A program made the translations under genes and the position numbers. From a virus (taxonomy: Duplodnaviria; Heunggongvirae; Uroviricota; Caudoviricetes): DNA of 64,000 nucleotides. The notes below the pieces were generated by a model. That model did not search any database and was not told where the DNA came from. It saw only the letters and a list, made by a program, of their open reading frames with translations. The DNA lies in IMG/VR virus record IMGVR_UViG_3300021399_000001, positions 69,905 to 133,904 of that record; one strand, written 5' to 3'. Below are positions 9,005 through 19,058 of the stretch, one piece after another. How positions within the stretch are numbered: the stretch's first letter is position 1; each line of letters opens with the position of its first letter.

Positions 9005-11229
9005 GCGTTTATTTAGGAAGAAATAAGGTTGGAGTCGCGCTTAAAGATACTAATCCAAATGTAATTGATAATGATACTTTGGAAGAACTTAATGATGCAA
9101 TTGGGTATCGTGTCGGAGATTATAATACTCGTAGTATTCCTCAAATGATTGAGGAAATGAAGAAAGACTTTTTTCAAACAAGAGATTATGATATTATGCC
9201 CGATTATCATGCAGAGCCTTGGGTGCGGCCGCAAGAATGGCCAGATTTAGATAGTTTGAACCTTCAAATGGAAGGCGATGACTTTATTTATATGACTTAT
9301 GATAATACAAGGGGCCGCGCGGCTATTGCTTGGCACATAGAAAAAACAACTAATGGCAAAAATATTGAAGTTACTATGGGACATATTAATAATGGAAATT
9401 ATGTTGTAGATGAAACAATCACCGGCACAAGCAATAATTATGTTAAATGGCTAACTGATGAAGATGATGATTACCCGGTAGTAAGAATTACTGGTGATAT
9501 TTATAGATGTTATAGTTATAATGTAAGTAAAGATGGAGCTACGCAACAATATAGGAAACAGCCCGTATTAGAAAGAATTGCATGGGTCCCTCATTTAAAA
9601 GAGTTTTGTAATAGTTATTCAACAAATGCGTGGGGCTTATTTACTTTACAGCGCGAAAAGGTAGCTAATGGTGAAGGCACAGCTTTAACTAGTTTATATT
9701 ATGCTTGGGCTTATTGTAGAGATTTAGAAGATTTAGATATTAGTGGACTAAGGACGCCTAATGTGACTAATATGGCTTCTACTTTTAGAGCATTAATGAA
9801 AATAAGAGAATTAGATTTAAGACATTTAACTGTTAATAAAGTTACAACTTTTGAATCATTATTTAATACCTGTAAAAATATTAAGCAAATTAACTTAACA
9901 GGATGGAAAACAAACTCATTAACTAATCTGTCTGCTGCTTTTGACAGCTGTTTTAGTCTACGAGAAATTAAAGATATAGAAAATTTTATTACTGATAAAG
10001 TAACAAGTTTTTATTACTTATTTAGTAATTGTCGTTCTATAAAAGAATTAGATTTAACAAAATGGAACACTGAAAAAGTAACTTCGTTAGCTTGTTGTTT
10101 TAATGGCTGCCATAGCCTTAAAGAACTAGATCTTTCTAATTGGGATATTTCAAAAGTAACTAATTGTTCCACAACTTTTGGTTATTGCTATTCATTAAAA
10201 AGATTAAATTTAAATGGATTACATACGGGCGTTTTAACTACAATTTATTATTTATTTTATGGATGCTATGCTTTAGGAGAGATAGATTTAACACCATTTA
10301 ATATAACCAACGCATGTACTAATATTACTAGTGCTTTTTCTGGCTGTTGGTCTGTAAAAGAACTTAACTTTCCAGAATGGGATGTTAGTGGTTTAGGAAA
10401 TGGAAATAATACGGGCAACAGTATTTTTTATAATTGTTATTCACTAGAAAAAATTACTGGTATATCAAATTGGGATTTTCATTTTACTAATAGTTTAAGT
10501 AGCATATTTCAAAATTGTTTTAGTCTAAAAACAGTAGATGTTAGTAATTGGAATGTAAGCTATACAACTAGTTTAGCTAGTATTTTTAATAGCTGTACTT
10601 CTTTAAAAGAAATAGATTTATCTAATTGGCAGCCTCAAAATTGTACAAATTTTTCTTCTATGTTTTCTAGTTGCACGAATTTAACTACTGTAGGAGATAT
10701 AAGTAATTGGGATACATCTAAAGTAACTACAATGTCCGCAATGTTTCGTTATTGTTATTCATTAAAAGAATTTCCGCCAATTCAAAATTGGGATTTATCC
10801 AATGTAACTAGTCTTGATAGCATATTTAGTGAATGCACTTCTTTAGAAGAAATTATTTGGAACAATGTAAATATACCAAAATGTACCAATGTATATCAAT
10901 TATTCCGGTTTAATCAGAATCTTAAAAAAATTGAAACAAAAAATTGGACTCTTGCTTCAAATATAGTTTATTCCGGGTCTTATTATATGATTTACGGCGA
11001 TTGTTGGCAACTTCGTGATATAGATGGAATAATAATACCATCTACCTACACAAATCTAGGTTTTGCAAATTGTGAAAATTTATCTCACACTTCCCTATTA
11101 AACATACTAAACCAACTTCCCCAGACAACCGCTGGCCACACAATACACATTACAACCGCGATAGCTAATCTTCTTACACCAGAAGAAAAAGCAATCGCAA
11201 CAAATAAAAACTGGACTATAGCCAACTAA
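9001..11229 (+). CDS. BspA-type leucine-rich-repeat (LRR_5) surface protein
   Basis: 742 aa. At least 15 tandem ~23-aa repeats of the form L.ELDLSNW..S.VTN....F..C.SLKE, typical of BspA/TpLRR repeats. Confidence 0.7.
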   Translation: MSVYLGRNKVGVALKDTNPNVIDNDTLEELNDAIGYRVGDYNTRSIPQMIEEMKKDFFQTRDYDIMPDYHAEPWVRPQEWPDLDSLNLQMEGDDFIYMTYDNTRGRAAIAWHIEKTTNGKNIEVTMGHINNGNYVVDETITGTSNNYVKWLTDEDDDYPVVRITGDIYRCYSYNVSKDGATQQYRKQPVLERIAWVPHLKEFCNSYSTNAWGLFTLQREKVANGEGTALTSLYYAWAYCRDLEDLDISGLRTPNVTNMASTFRALMKIRELDLRHLTVNKVTTFESLFNTCKNIKQINLTGWKTNSLTNLSAAFDSCFSLREIKDIENFITDKVTSFYYLFSNCRSIKELDLTKWNTEKVTSLACCFNGCHSLKELDLSNWDISKVTNCSTTFGYCYSLKRLNLNGLHTGVLTTIYYLFYGCYALGEIDLTPFNITNACTNITSAFSGCWSVKELNFPEWDVSGLGNGNNTGNSIFYNCYSLEKITGISNWDFHFTNSLSSIFQNCFSLKTVDVSNWNVSYTTSLASIFNSCTSLKEIDLSNWQPQNCTNFSSMFSSCTNLTTVGDISNWDTSKVTTMSAMFRYCYSLKEFPPIQNWDLSNVTSLDSIFSECTSLEEIIWNNVNIPKCTNVYQLFRFNQNLKKIETKNWTLASNIVYSGSYYMIYGDCWQLRDIDGIIIPSTYTNLGFANCENLSHTSLLNILNQLPQTTAGHTIHITTAIANLLTPEEKAIATNKNWTIAN

Positions 11230-11240
11230 GGAGGGATAAC

Positions 11241-11423
11241 ATGACAATAATCAACGGTATAATAACAGAAATAATTGCCGATGAGGGTAAATATCTCACA
11301 AATGATGATATAAATTATTCCACTCATTTATATCTTGGAAAAGACGATTCTCCCTCTAATTGGCGCGAAGTGGAGGTGCCGCAAGATGAGCAATTATCTA
11401 CAGAAAATAGTTTACCTTACTGA
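11241..11423 (+). CDS. hypothetical small protein
   Basis: RBS AGGAGGGATAAC ahead of the ATG; 60 aa. Confidence 0.45.
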   Translation: MTIINGIITEIIADEGKYLTNDDINYSTHLYLGKDDSPSNWREVEVPQDEQLSTENSLPY

Positions 11424-11832
11424 AGAACAGGCACAAACACTTTTTAATACTGGTTCAGTAACATCTAATGGTATTACAGTAAATTATAATGATAATGATT
11501 TATATGTCACATCTGATGACATACAAATAAAAGCAGACGCAACTACAAATTGGAATGAACGAACCACCTTTATTCCAAATAAAGGTGATATTATTATATA
11601 TTTAGATAAAAGAAATGTTAATGGAGTAAATATTCCAGGAATAAAAATAGGCGATGGTCTAGCATATGGAATTGATTTACCCTTTGTTGGAGATGAAATC
11701 GCCGCAGATTTATTATCGCACATAAATAATACTACAGTTCACATTACTGCGGCAGAACGCGCAAAATGGAATAATAAAATAAATTGCGAAAATGAAATAA
11801 CTAATGAAACATTAGTCTTATTTCGTGATTAA
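11386..11832 (+). CDS. tail fibre-like protein (HylP-type N-terminal motif)
   Basis: ATG-11386 preceded by GGAGGTG. Motif NWNERTTFIPNKGDIIIY...IKIGDGLAYGIDLPF is paralogous to the 6873 ORF. Confidence 0.55.
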   Translation: MSNYLQKIVYLTEEQAQTLFNTGSVTSNGITVNYNDNDLYVTSDDIQIKADATTNWNERTTFIPNKGDIIIYLDKRNVNGVNIPGIKIGDGLAYGIDLPFVGDEIAADLLSHINNTTVHITAAERAKWNNKINCENEITNETLVLFRD

Positions 11833-11844
11833 GGAGGATAAAAT

Positions 11845-12624
11845 ATGGCAGATATTAGCAAAATTACATTACCAAGTGGTACAACTTATGATATAAAAGA
11901 TACTGTAGCGCGTCAAACGGCTGGAGGAGGCTTACAGTTTCGTGGTATTACAACTACAGCCATCACCGATGGAGCTACTACTACAACCTATACTATAAGC
12001 GGAGAAACTGATAGTCGCACAGCCGCGAATGGAGATATGGTAGTTAATGGTAATAAAGAATTTATTTTTTCCACAAGTGATAATAAATGGCATGAATTGG
12101 GCGATAATAGTTCTTTAAAAGCATTAGCATATAAAGATAATGCATCAGGTAGTTATGTTAGTGCTAAAAGTGTCGCAGTTACAACAAAAACTACTTCAAA
12201 TAAAACAGCTACCGTATCACCTGCTAGTTCTGGAACAACAACTTATACTCCAGCAGGGAGCGTCAGTACTCCAACTATTTCAGTTGAAACCGCAGGTACA
12301 ACGACAACTATTAAAAATCCCACGGCAAGAGATATGGTAAGTTATATACGAGGATATAGCCCATCTGATGTTGCCCCGCAAGGTACTTCTATTAACCTCT
12401 GTTCTGTTGAAAATGAAACGTTGTTTTTGAATAGAGTTATTTATATAACTTCAGCTTCTATTGATACAACAAATGTAACAGTTAAAACAGGAGACGCTTC
12501 ATATACAGCCTCTCAACCTACTTTTTCAGGAACAGGTGTACGTTTAGTAACTGGTAATATACCAGTACCAAGTGAATATACTGCAACAATCACTACAGAA
12601 AATAAAACCGTTACAGTGTCTTAA
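11845..12624 (+). CDS. tail fibre-associated structural protein
   Basis: RBS AAGGAGGATAAA. N-terminus ISKITLPSGTTYDIKDT is similar to the N-terminus of the 12637 ORF (ISKIVLPDNTEYMIKDT). Confidence 0.6.
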   Translation: MADISKITLPSGTTYDIKDTVARQTAGGGLQFRGITTTAITDGATTTTYTISGETDSRTAANGDMVVNGNKEFIFSTSDNKWHELGDNSSLKALAYKDNASGSYVSAKSVAVTTKTTSNKTATVSPASSGTTTYTPAGSVSTPTISVETAGTTTTIKNPTARDMVSYIRGYSPSDVAPQGTSINLCSVENETLFLNRVIYITSASIDTTNVTVKTGDASYTASQPTFSGTGVRLVTGNIPVPSEYTATITTENKTVTVS

Positions 12625-12636
12625 TGGGGTGATGGA

Positions 12637-15351
12637 ATGCCAAACTATATTAGTAAAATAGTATTGCCCGATAATACTGAATATATGATAAAAGATACGC
12701 ATAATTTTTTACAACATCAAACTACCATTATAGCAAAAGAAGCAATTCAAGCAAATCGAGTTATACACGGGGATGCTAGTGGATATAAAATGCTTGTAGT
12801 AGATGATATAATTAATTTATCATATCCCATTCTCTTTACAACAGAGAGTATTGCAATAAATGGCACAACTATTAATACCTATGAAGTTTATTATAATATG
12901 CCAACATCTGGATTTACAGGCAGTACAATTACTTTAAATTCTCATACTATGACATATTTGGTAGGCTCATATACAGAAGATCATCAATTTAGATTGGAAT
13001 CTCCGATTGTTACTACAACTTTAGAAGCAGGAAAATATTACATTCCAATAGGAATTTCCAATGTAACTGATGGTACTGAATTATTCTTTTCTCCTCAATT
13101 AATTATTTATTATTATAATGGAGAAAATCTAATTATGCCTGTGACACGCGAAATAAATGGTGTAGAATTTATTAGAGGTACATGGACGGCCGCAAGCAAT
13201 GTCTGGACAGGTGCCAGCAAAGATAATGAATTATATGATGGCAAACAAATCCTTTTATATATGCCTTTCGGTGGAACAAGTACCGCCGCTACATTAAATT
13301 TAACTTTAGCTGATGGAACGACTACCGGCGCGAAAGATGTATATTATGAAAACACAACCCATTTTACGACTCATAAAGGCCAAAACTCTCAGATACCCCT
13401 TATTTATCATAAAGACTTATTACTTTCTAATGGAACCCATTATGAGGGTTGGTGGTTTATTGCAAATAGGGACACAAATGATAACTATAGATCTACACCG
13501 TATTATTATCATGTAAAACCTTATACTTTATTAGGACGTTATCAAATATGTTTAACAAAAGATGAAGAATATATATTACCAATTAATAACACCAATAATA
13601 ATATGGCAACAACAAAAACTCTTACAAGCGAAGCGTTTGATCCATTTGGTCCTATTTTTTATTATAATTCAACTGCTGTCAAACAATCTACAGAGACTGT
13701 AGGCGCGAATGTATTAATACAAAACTGTTGGGGTGATATACGCTATTCGTTTAATACAGGACAAACTTTAATACCCAATAAAGCAATTTATATAGTAGCG
13801 GTTCCATTAAGTAATGGTTTTGCTAAATTAGATGCTAATCCAATTTCGCAGACTTTGCCAACTACCGAAGATGGAAAAATATATATATTTTTAGGCGTAT
13901 CATATAGTAATTGCAATTTTCAAATGGTTCCTAATCATCCTGTCTATTACTATAAAAATAATAAAATACAACTATATTCAGGAATAGATGAAGAAATATT
14001 CAATGCTTATCCAACTAAAGAAATAAATGACAACGCTATCAATATTAATGATGGCGCTGAAAATATTCCTGCGAAAAAATTTATTGTTGATATAAAGCCA
14101 ATTCAAAGTGGTAGCGGCGCGCCTTCTCCAACAAACATAAGAACTATTTCTCCTAGAACTACCGCTACAATAAAAAGATTTGGAAAAAATATTCTTTCTC
14201 TTTCAGACAATTCTTATACACCCTCTGGAATGAGTATTATAATAAAAAATAATGAGGTATCCCTTAAAGGCACTTCTACTGGTACAATAAATCGTACAAT
14301 AGGTTCAATAGATTTATTAGCAGGAGTTACTTATACCATTAGTGGCACGAGATCTAGTGATATATTAGATTTGAATATTTTAAGAATTGATTTACGTAAT
14401 ACAAGCGGTGGAGTTATAGCTTCTGGAAGTAGTTATATGGGTTACTCTTATACTCCTACAGAGAATGTTACAGCACAAATTAATATTCGTATTGCAAGCG
14501 GTCAAACACTAGATTGTATAATTTATCCTAGAATAGAAATAGGAAATGCTATGACTTGGGAAGTAAATTGGGAGAACGAAGCAGGAGCAATTTATGGTGG
14601 TTTATTAGATACTCAAAACGGTACATTAACAGTTGATAGAATACTTTTTACTATTGATGGCAGCGATAATAGTCGAGTAGCAACTTTTACTGAAGAAACC
14701 GATTATAATCGTGTCCAAACAAATCTATATAATGATGTAGGAGTAGGTAATATTTTATTTGACGCTTGCAATAATTTTGAGCCAGTATTGGTAAACAATA
14801 AAGGATTATATAAAGTATGGAATAGTACGACTGCACCGCGTATGTTCTTCGGTTTACCAAAAACTATAACAAATATTGCTGAAGCCAAAGCGTGGTTCGC
14901 AGAAAATCCTACTCAAGTAGTCGCGCGAATTGCTTCTCCAGTAATTTATAATCTTACGCCGCTTCAAATTAAAACCTTATTAAAAGAATGTTCTTTTAGT
15001 GCTGACGCTGGCCCGATTTCTATCATATATTATATGGATCCAACTATATGCGCAGAAAGCATACCAGAGTTCATTATGAGCACAAATGCAGCGCAGTCTA
15101 ATACTTTAACGGGTACTTTATCATCTACTTCTCCAATAAAGAATGGAAAAATAATTTATTATATGACTAAATACGCTTTATTAAATCAGAATATGACCTT
15201 GACTTTAAAATATGGCACGTCTAACAATGATAGTGGCGCTATACCTATTTATAGTTATGGTACAACACGATGCACAACTGCTTATCCAGCACTTTGTGTG
15301 TTATCATTAGTATATTATAATGGGGCTTTTTATATAGTTCCAGGGCAATAA
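12637..15351 (+). CDS. large tail / receptor-binding protein
   Basis: 904 aa; RBS GGGGTGATGGA. Contains the module KKFIVDIKPIQSGSGAPSPTNIRTISP and the motif AGAIYGGLLDTQNGTLTVD, both shared with the 2673 and 21979 proteins. Confidence 0.7.
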   Translation: MPNYISKIVLPDNTEYMIKDTHNFLQHQTTIIAKEAIQANRVIHGDASGYKMLVVDDIINLSYPILFTTESIAINGTTINTYEVYYNMPTSGFTGSTITLNSHTMTYLVGSYTEDHQFRLESPIVTTTLEAGKYYIPIGISNVTDGTELFFSPQLIIYYYNGENLIMPVTREINGVEFIRGTWTAASNVWTGASKDNELYDGKQILLYMPFGGTSTAATLNLTLADGTTTGAKDVYYENTTHFTTHKGQNSQIPLIYHKDLLLSNGTHYEGWWFIANRDTNDNYRSTPYYYHVKPYTLLGRYQICLTKDEEYILPINNTNNNMATTKTLTSEAFDPFGPIFYYNSTAVKQSTETVGANVLIQNCWGDIRYSFNTGQTLIPNKAIYIVAVPLSNGFAKLDANPISQTLPTTEDGKIYIFLGVSYSNCNFQMVPNHPVYYYKNNKIQLYSGIDEEIFNAYPTKEINDNAININDGAENIPAKKFIVDIKPIQSGSGAPSPTNIRTISPRTTATIKRFGKNILSLSDNSYTPSGMSIIIKNNEVSLKGTSTGTINRTIGSIDLLAGVTYTISGTRSSDILDLNILRIDLRNTSGGVIASGSSYMGYSYTPTENVTAQINIRIASGQTLDCIIYPRIEIGNAMTWEVNWENEAGAIYGGLLDTQNGTLTVDRILFTIDGSDNSRVATFTEETDYNRVQTNLYNDVGVGNILFDACNNFEPVLVNNKGLYKVWNSTTAPRMFFGLPKTITNIAEAKAWFAENPTQVVARIASPVIYNLTPLQIKTLLKECSFSADAGPISIIYYMDPTICAESIPEFIMSTNAAQSNTLTGTLSSTSPIKNGKIIYYMTKYALLNQNMTLTLKYGTSNNDSGAIPIYSYGTTRCTTAYPALCVLSLVYYNGAFYIVPGQ

Positions 15352-15362
15352 GGAGTGATTTT

Positions 15363-15500
15363 ATGATTTTATTTAATTTTGGAATTGCTACAGAAGCAAA
15401 TGATTATGAAGCTGAAACTTTAGATCAAGTATGGATTAAAGACGATAACGGGCAGCTCGTTTTAATGGAGGATAATGACAATGAAAGCGATAAAGAATAA
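15363..15500 (+). CDS. hypothetical small acidic protein (45 aa)
   Basis: Not in the ORF track (<60 aa). ATG preceded by AAGGAGTGA; overlaps the next gene start. Confidence 0.35.
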   Translation: MILFNFGIATEANDYEAETLDQVWIKDDNGQLVLMEDNDNESDKE

Positions 15501-16410
15501 AAGCACGGGGATTGAAGTAAAAATATTACAAACCTTTTTAGGCGTTGATGTAGACGGTAAATTTGGCCCTAAAACTGCGGCCGCACTTAATAATTGGAAA
15601 CAATCTATGAGATTAGCCGCAAACGGAGAAATGTCAGAAAGCGATTGGAGCATTCTCGCAAAATCACTTCCAACCATTCGCAAGGGTGATAAAAATAAAT
15701 ATGTTAAAATGTGGCAATTATTCCTTGGAGTCGCGGCTGATGGAAATTTTGGTGATAAAACAAAAGCATCTACTCGCGCGTTCCAAACAACCTCAAAATT
15801 AACTGCTGATGGCATCGTAGGCCCTAAAACTTGGTTAAAAGCATTTACAGGAGAAACAAGTAAGACTACACCAGAAATAGCGCCAGCTCCCACTGATGGA
15901 AAAAATCTTCAACCAGTTAATTTTAAACAATATGATAGTCGTTGGGGCTCTGTGGTATTCACTAAAAATAACACCTACAACAAGAAGCAAACGATAAAAA
16001 ATTCTGGCTGCGGACCCACTTCTATGGCGGATATAGTCGCAACTTGGTGGGATAAATCTGCTACACCTAAAACTCTCGCGGCATTAGTTGTAGCAAATGG
16101 CTATCGCACTACCAATAGCGGCACTGCTTGGGGATTTTTTAAGTTTTGCGCGAAAAAGTACGGAGCAAGCAAGTTTATTCAAACAACTTCATTTGCTACT
16201 GCTGAAGCCGCAATTAAAGATGGCGCCTATGTCGTATGTAGTATGAAACCAGGTCTTTGGACTAATGGAGGCCACTACATTTGCTGGTGGTGGGTAGATG
16301 ATACTTATGTATATGTAAACGACCCAGCCAGTGCAAAAGCAGCTCGCGCGAAAGCGAAGAAAAACTTAATGAAAGATCAATGCAAGCAATACTTTATCTT
16401 CTACAAATAA
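15481..16410 (+). CDS. cell-wall hydrolase: 2x peptidoglycan-binding domain + C-terminal cysteine peptidase (C39/CHAP-like)
   Basis: ATG-15481 preceded by GGAGGA. Two PG_binding_1-like repeats (LQTFLGVDVDGKFGPKTAAAL and WQLFLGVAADGNFGDKTKAS). C-terminal region has Cys (NSGCGPTSMAD) and His (GGHYICWW) motifs. Confidence 0.6.
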   Translation: MKAIKNKSTGIEVKILQTFLGVDVDGKFGPKTAAALNNWKQSMRLAANGEMSESDWSILAKSLPTIRKGDKNKYVKMWQLFLGVAADGNFGDKTKASTRAFQTTSKLTADGIVGPKTWLKAFTGETSKTTPEIAPAPTDGKNLQPVNFKQYDSRWGSVVFTKNNTYNKKQTIKNSGCGPTSMADIVATWWDKSATPKTLAALVVANGYRTTNSGTAWGFFKFCAKKYGASKFIQTTSFATAEAAIKDGAYVVCSMKPGLWTNGGHYICWWWVDDTYVYVNDPASAKAARAKAKKNLMKDQCKQYFIFYK

Positions 16411-16423
16411 GGAAGTGATATAA

Positions 16424-19045
16424 ATGCCAACTAATGGATACAAAGCAAAGATATGGCAAGCTGGCAATGTTATTACTGATGATGCTTTAAATACTATGGA
16501 AGAAGGTATAGAAAAAGTTGTCTTAGTAAGTGAAACTGACCCTAATGAAAGATACAATAAAATTTGGGTTAGTAATAGAGGAAGTAGTGTAGAAATACCT
16601 ACATATAATGAAGTCGGTGGATTAATAGAAGGAACTAAAGTTATTAAAAATTTAGCTTTGGTTGGAAATATTATTGGAAGATTAACTAACCAACGTGCTA
16701 ATAAATCAAATAGTAACTATTTAAATCTTGCTACACAAACTGGTAATACAGGAAAAGATGTATTAAATTTAGTGGTTATTATTCCTGTAAAAGAAAATAC
16801 TATCTATAGTATAAATACAACTTGGGGTGCTGCTGGTAGTTGTTGGTGTAAAAATACTGATGATAACTTATTAACAATCGATTCTAATGGCATAGTAACA
16901 AGTAATAGCGGTGAATTTTTTAATAATGAAATACCGGTATTAGAAATGGTAGTTGGCAATACATCTGGTCAAAATGGTAGTTATACTAATACAGAAAATC
17001 AATATTTAGTTACTTCTCCTTCTGAAGCAGAGTTTTTAGTATTAACTGGTTCTATTACTAGATTTGCGCCAGGAGCAACTCTTGAAACTGTTACAGAGAA
17101 TAACTTTCAGTTAATAGTAGCAGAAACTGATCTACCAATTATGGGAAGAACTAAATATAGTTATCCCCAGGATGTTCCGGTTGTTACAATACCAAATTTA
17201 AAAATTAGTAATAACTTTATAGAACCAATTTTTCCTTATATTAAAACTCATATTAGTATTAATTCTAGAAAAGCATTACTACAGTTCTTTAATTTTAAAA
17301 AATTTAGAGCTACAACTCAAGAGGGTGGAAAACTTGATTTAACTACAACTGATCGTTTTTCTACTCCAGATTTTTGCTCTTTTACTGAAAATTTAACTAT
17401 TATAACTCATAATTCAAATAAAAAATTTCTTTATTGTACTAAAAATGTTGATACTAGTGTAACAGATATCAATGCAAATGGTTTTCAAACTGAACATACT
17501 TTTCCTGCAAATACTGAATTTATTCTTAGTTTCCAATTGGCCGGCACTAGTACAGTAGAAGAATACTTCAATGATGACATAGAATTCATCTTTACAGACT
17601 CTAATAATAATAAAATAAATTCTGTTGCAGAATTAAATGAAAAAGTGGAGCAACTTAAAGAGAATATAGGCGCAAAAGAATACAATATCCCAGATTATTA
17701 TTATACCGCTTCAGGAGATTGGCCTGGTCTTGATGCTAAAGTTGCGCAAATAAAATCTGCATTGCCAGAAAATGGTTTATCTTTTATTTTCTTTACTGAC
17801 CCTCATTTTTCTAAAAATGAAGGTCATAGTAAAGAACTTATACGTTATATTTTAGACAAAACAGGTATCCCATTCGCAATTTGCGGTGGAGATATTGCTA
17901 ATGTTGGCGGAGGAAAAAGTGCCTTACAAAATGAAGTAGAAACATATCAGGAGTATGTAAATGCTATTGGGAAAGAAAGGATTTTAACTATGCGCGGAAA
18001 TCACGACGTATATCAAAGTTATTCTGGTTATTTTGATAGTATTATAAGAACGACACAGACTACTTTTACATTGACAGAGCGCGTTAAATCAGACAAAACA
18101 ATACTTTCTGATAATAATTATCATTTTGTATTACAATATAATCCATCTGTATCTAGCAATTTAACATTAACAAAAATTACTATTAAATATGCAGATAATA
18201 CTAGTACCGAAATAACGGATAATTTTATAGGGTATTGGGAATCTGATAGTAATAAAATTTTATCATCTATTGATTTTACGGGCACTTATACTAATGGTAT
18301 TCCTTCTGCTGATACAATTAATTCTATTTTTTCTTCTGTGGGCGCATATTTTCTTGAAGAAAATATAGATAAACTATTTTGGGGCGATAGCCAATATTTC
18401 CCAAAATATGGAACCTATATTGTGCGCGATAAAAAATCTAATATTATACTTTTAATTTTAAATACAAACGACCATCAAGGAAGTGCTTCTATTCGTTTAT
18501 CTGAAAATATAAGTGATGCGCAAGTTGAATGGGTCAAAAGCGTATTAGAGGAATATAAAGATTGGAAAATTATTGTCTTATCACATATTTCATTTGGTTC
18601 TGAATTTAATGGAGAACGTTATTCTTTAACAAATGGAACATATACATTTGTACAAAATTGGAAAAGTAATATAACTTCTGGGCAGGCTGATAGTATAAAA
18701 ACGGCATTAGAAACAGTTAATACTACAGCTGGAAGTAGAAAAGTATTATTTCATTTAAGTGGCCACGCGCATTACGATTATGATAATGTTATAGGAAAAG
18801 CAAATCCAACCGCTTTGCCTTTAATAGAAATTGTTACTACTACCGATTCTTTACAAGGAGAAGGGTGGTATTTACCAAATGGCGCATCTGGTGATCCAAC
18901 AATACAAATTCAAGGCGGCACAAAAGGTACTTATACAGAACAAGCATTTGATGTATGCGTTTTTAATAGCACAACAAATATATTAAATATGTTCCGTATT
19001 GGCCGCGGAAATGATAGAGTTTATAATTTAAATACCGGCAGTTAA
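16424..19045 (+). CDS. tail protein with C-terminal calcineurin-like metallophosphatase domain
   Basis: 873 aa; RBS AAGGAAGTGA. The C-terminal half carries ordered phosphoesterase motifs: FTDPHF, CGGDIANVGGG, RGNHD and SGHAHYDYD. Confidence 0.65.
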   Translation: MPTNGYKAKIWQAGNVITDDALNTMEEGIEKVVLVSETDPNERYNKIWVSNRGSSVEIPTYNEVGGLIEGTKVIKNLALVGNIIGRLTNQRANKSNSNYLNLATQTGNTGKDVLNLVVIIPVKENTIYSINTTWGAAGSCWCKNTDDNLLTIDSNGIVTSNSGEFFNNEIPVLEMVVGNTSGQNGSYTNTENQYLVTSPSEAEFLVLTGSITRFAPGATLETVTENNFQLIVAETDLPIMGRTKYSYPQDVPVVTIPNLKISNNFIEPIFPYIKTHISINSRKALLQFFNFKKFRATTQEGGKLDLTTTDRFSTPDFCSFTENLTIITHNSNKKFLYCTKNVDTSVTDINANGFQTEHTFPANTEFILSFQLAGTSTVEEYFNDDIEFIFTDSNNNKINSVAELNEKVEQLKENIGAKEYNIPDYYYTASGDWPGLDAKVAQIKSALPENGLSFIFFTDPHFSKNEGHSKELIRYILDKTGIPFAICGGDIANVGGGKSALQNEVETYQEYVNAIGKERILTMRGNHDVYQSYSGYFDSIIRTTQTTFTLTERVKSDKTILSDNNYHFVLQYNPSVSSNLTLTKITIKYADNTSTEITDNFIGYWESDSNKILSSIDFTGTYTNGIPSADTINSIFSSVGAYFLEENIDKLFWGDSQYFPKYGTYIVRDKKSNIILLILNTNDHQGSASIRLSENISDAQVEWVKSVLEEYKDWKIIVLSHISFGSEFNGERYSLTNGTYTFVQNWKSNITSGQADSIKTALETVNTTAGSRKVLFHLSGHAHYDYDNVIGKANPTALPLIEIVTTTDSLQGEGWYLPNGASGDPTIQIQGGTKGTYTEQAFDVCVFNSTTNILNMFRIGRGNDRVYNLNTGS

Positions 19046-19058
19046 TTGAGGTGATATT

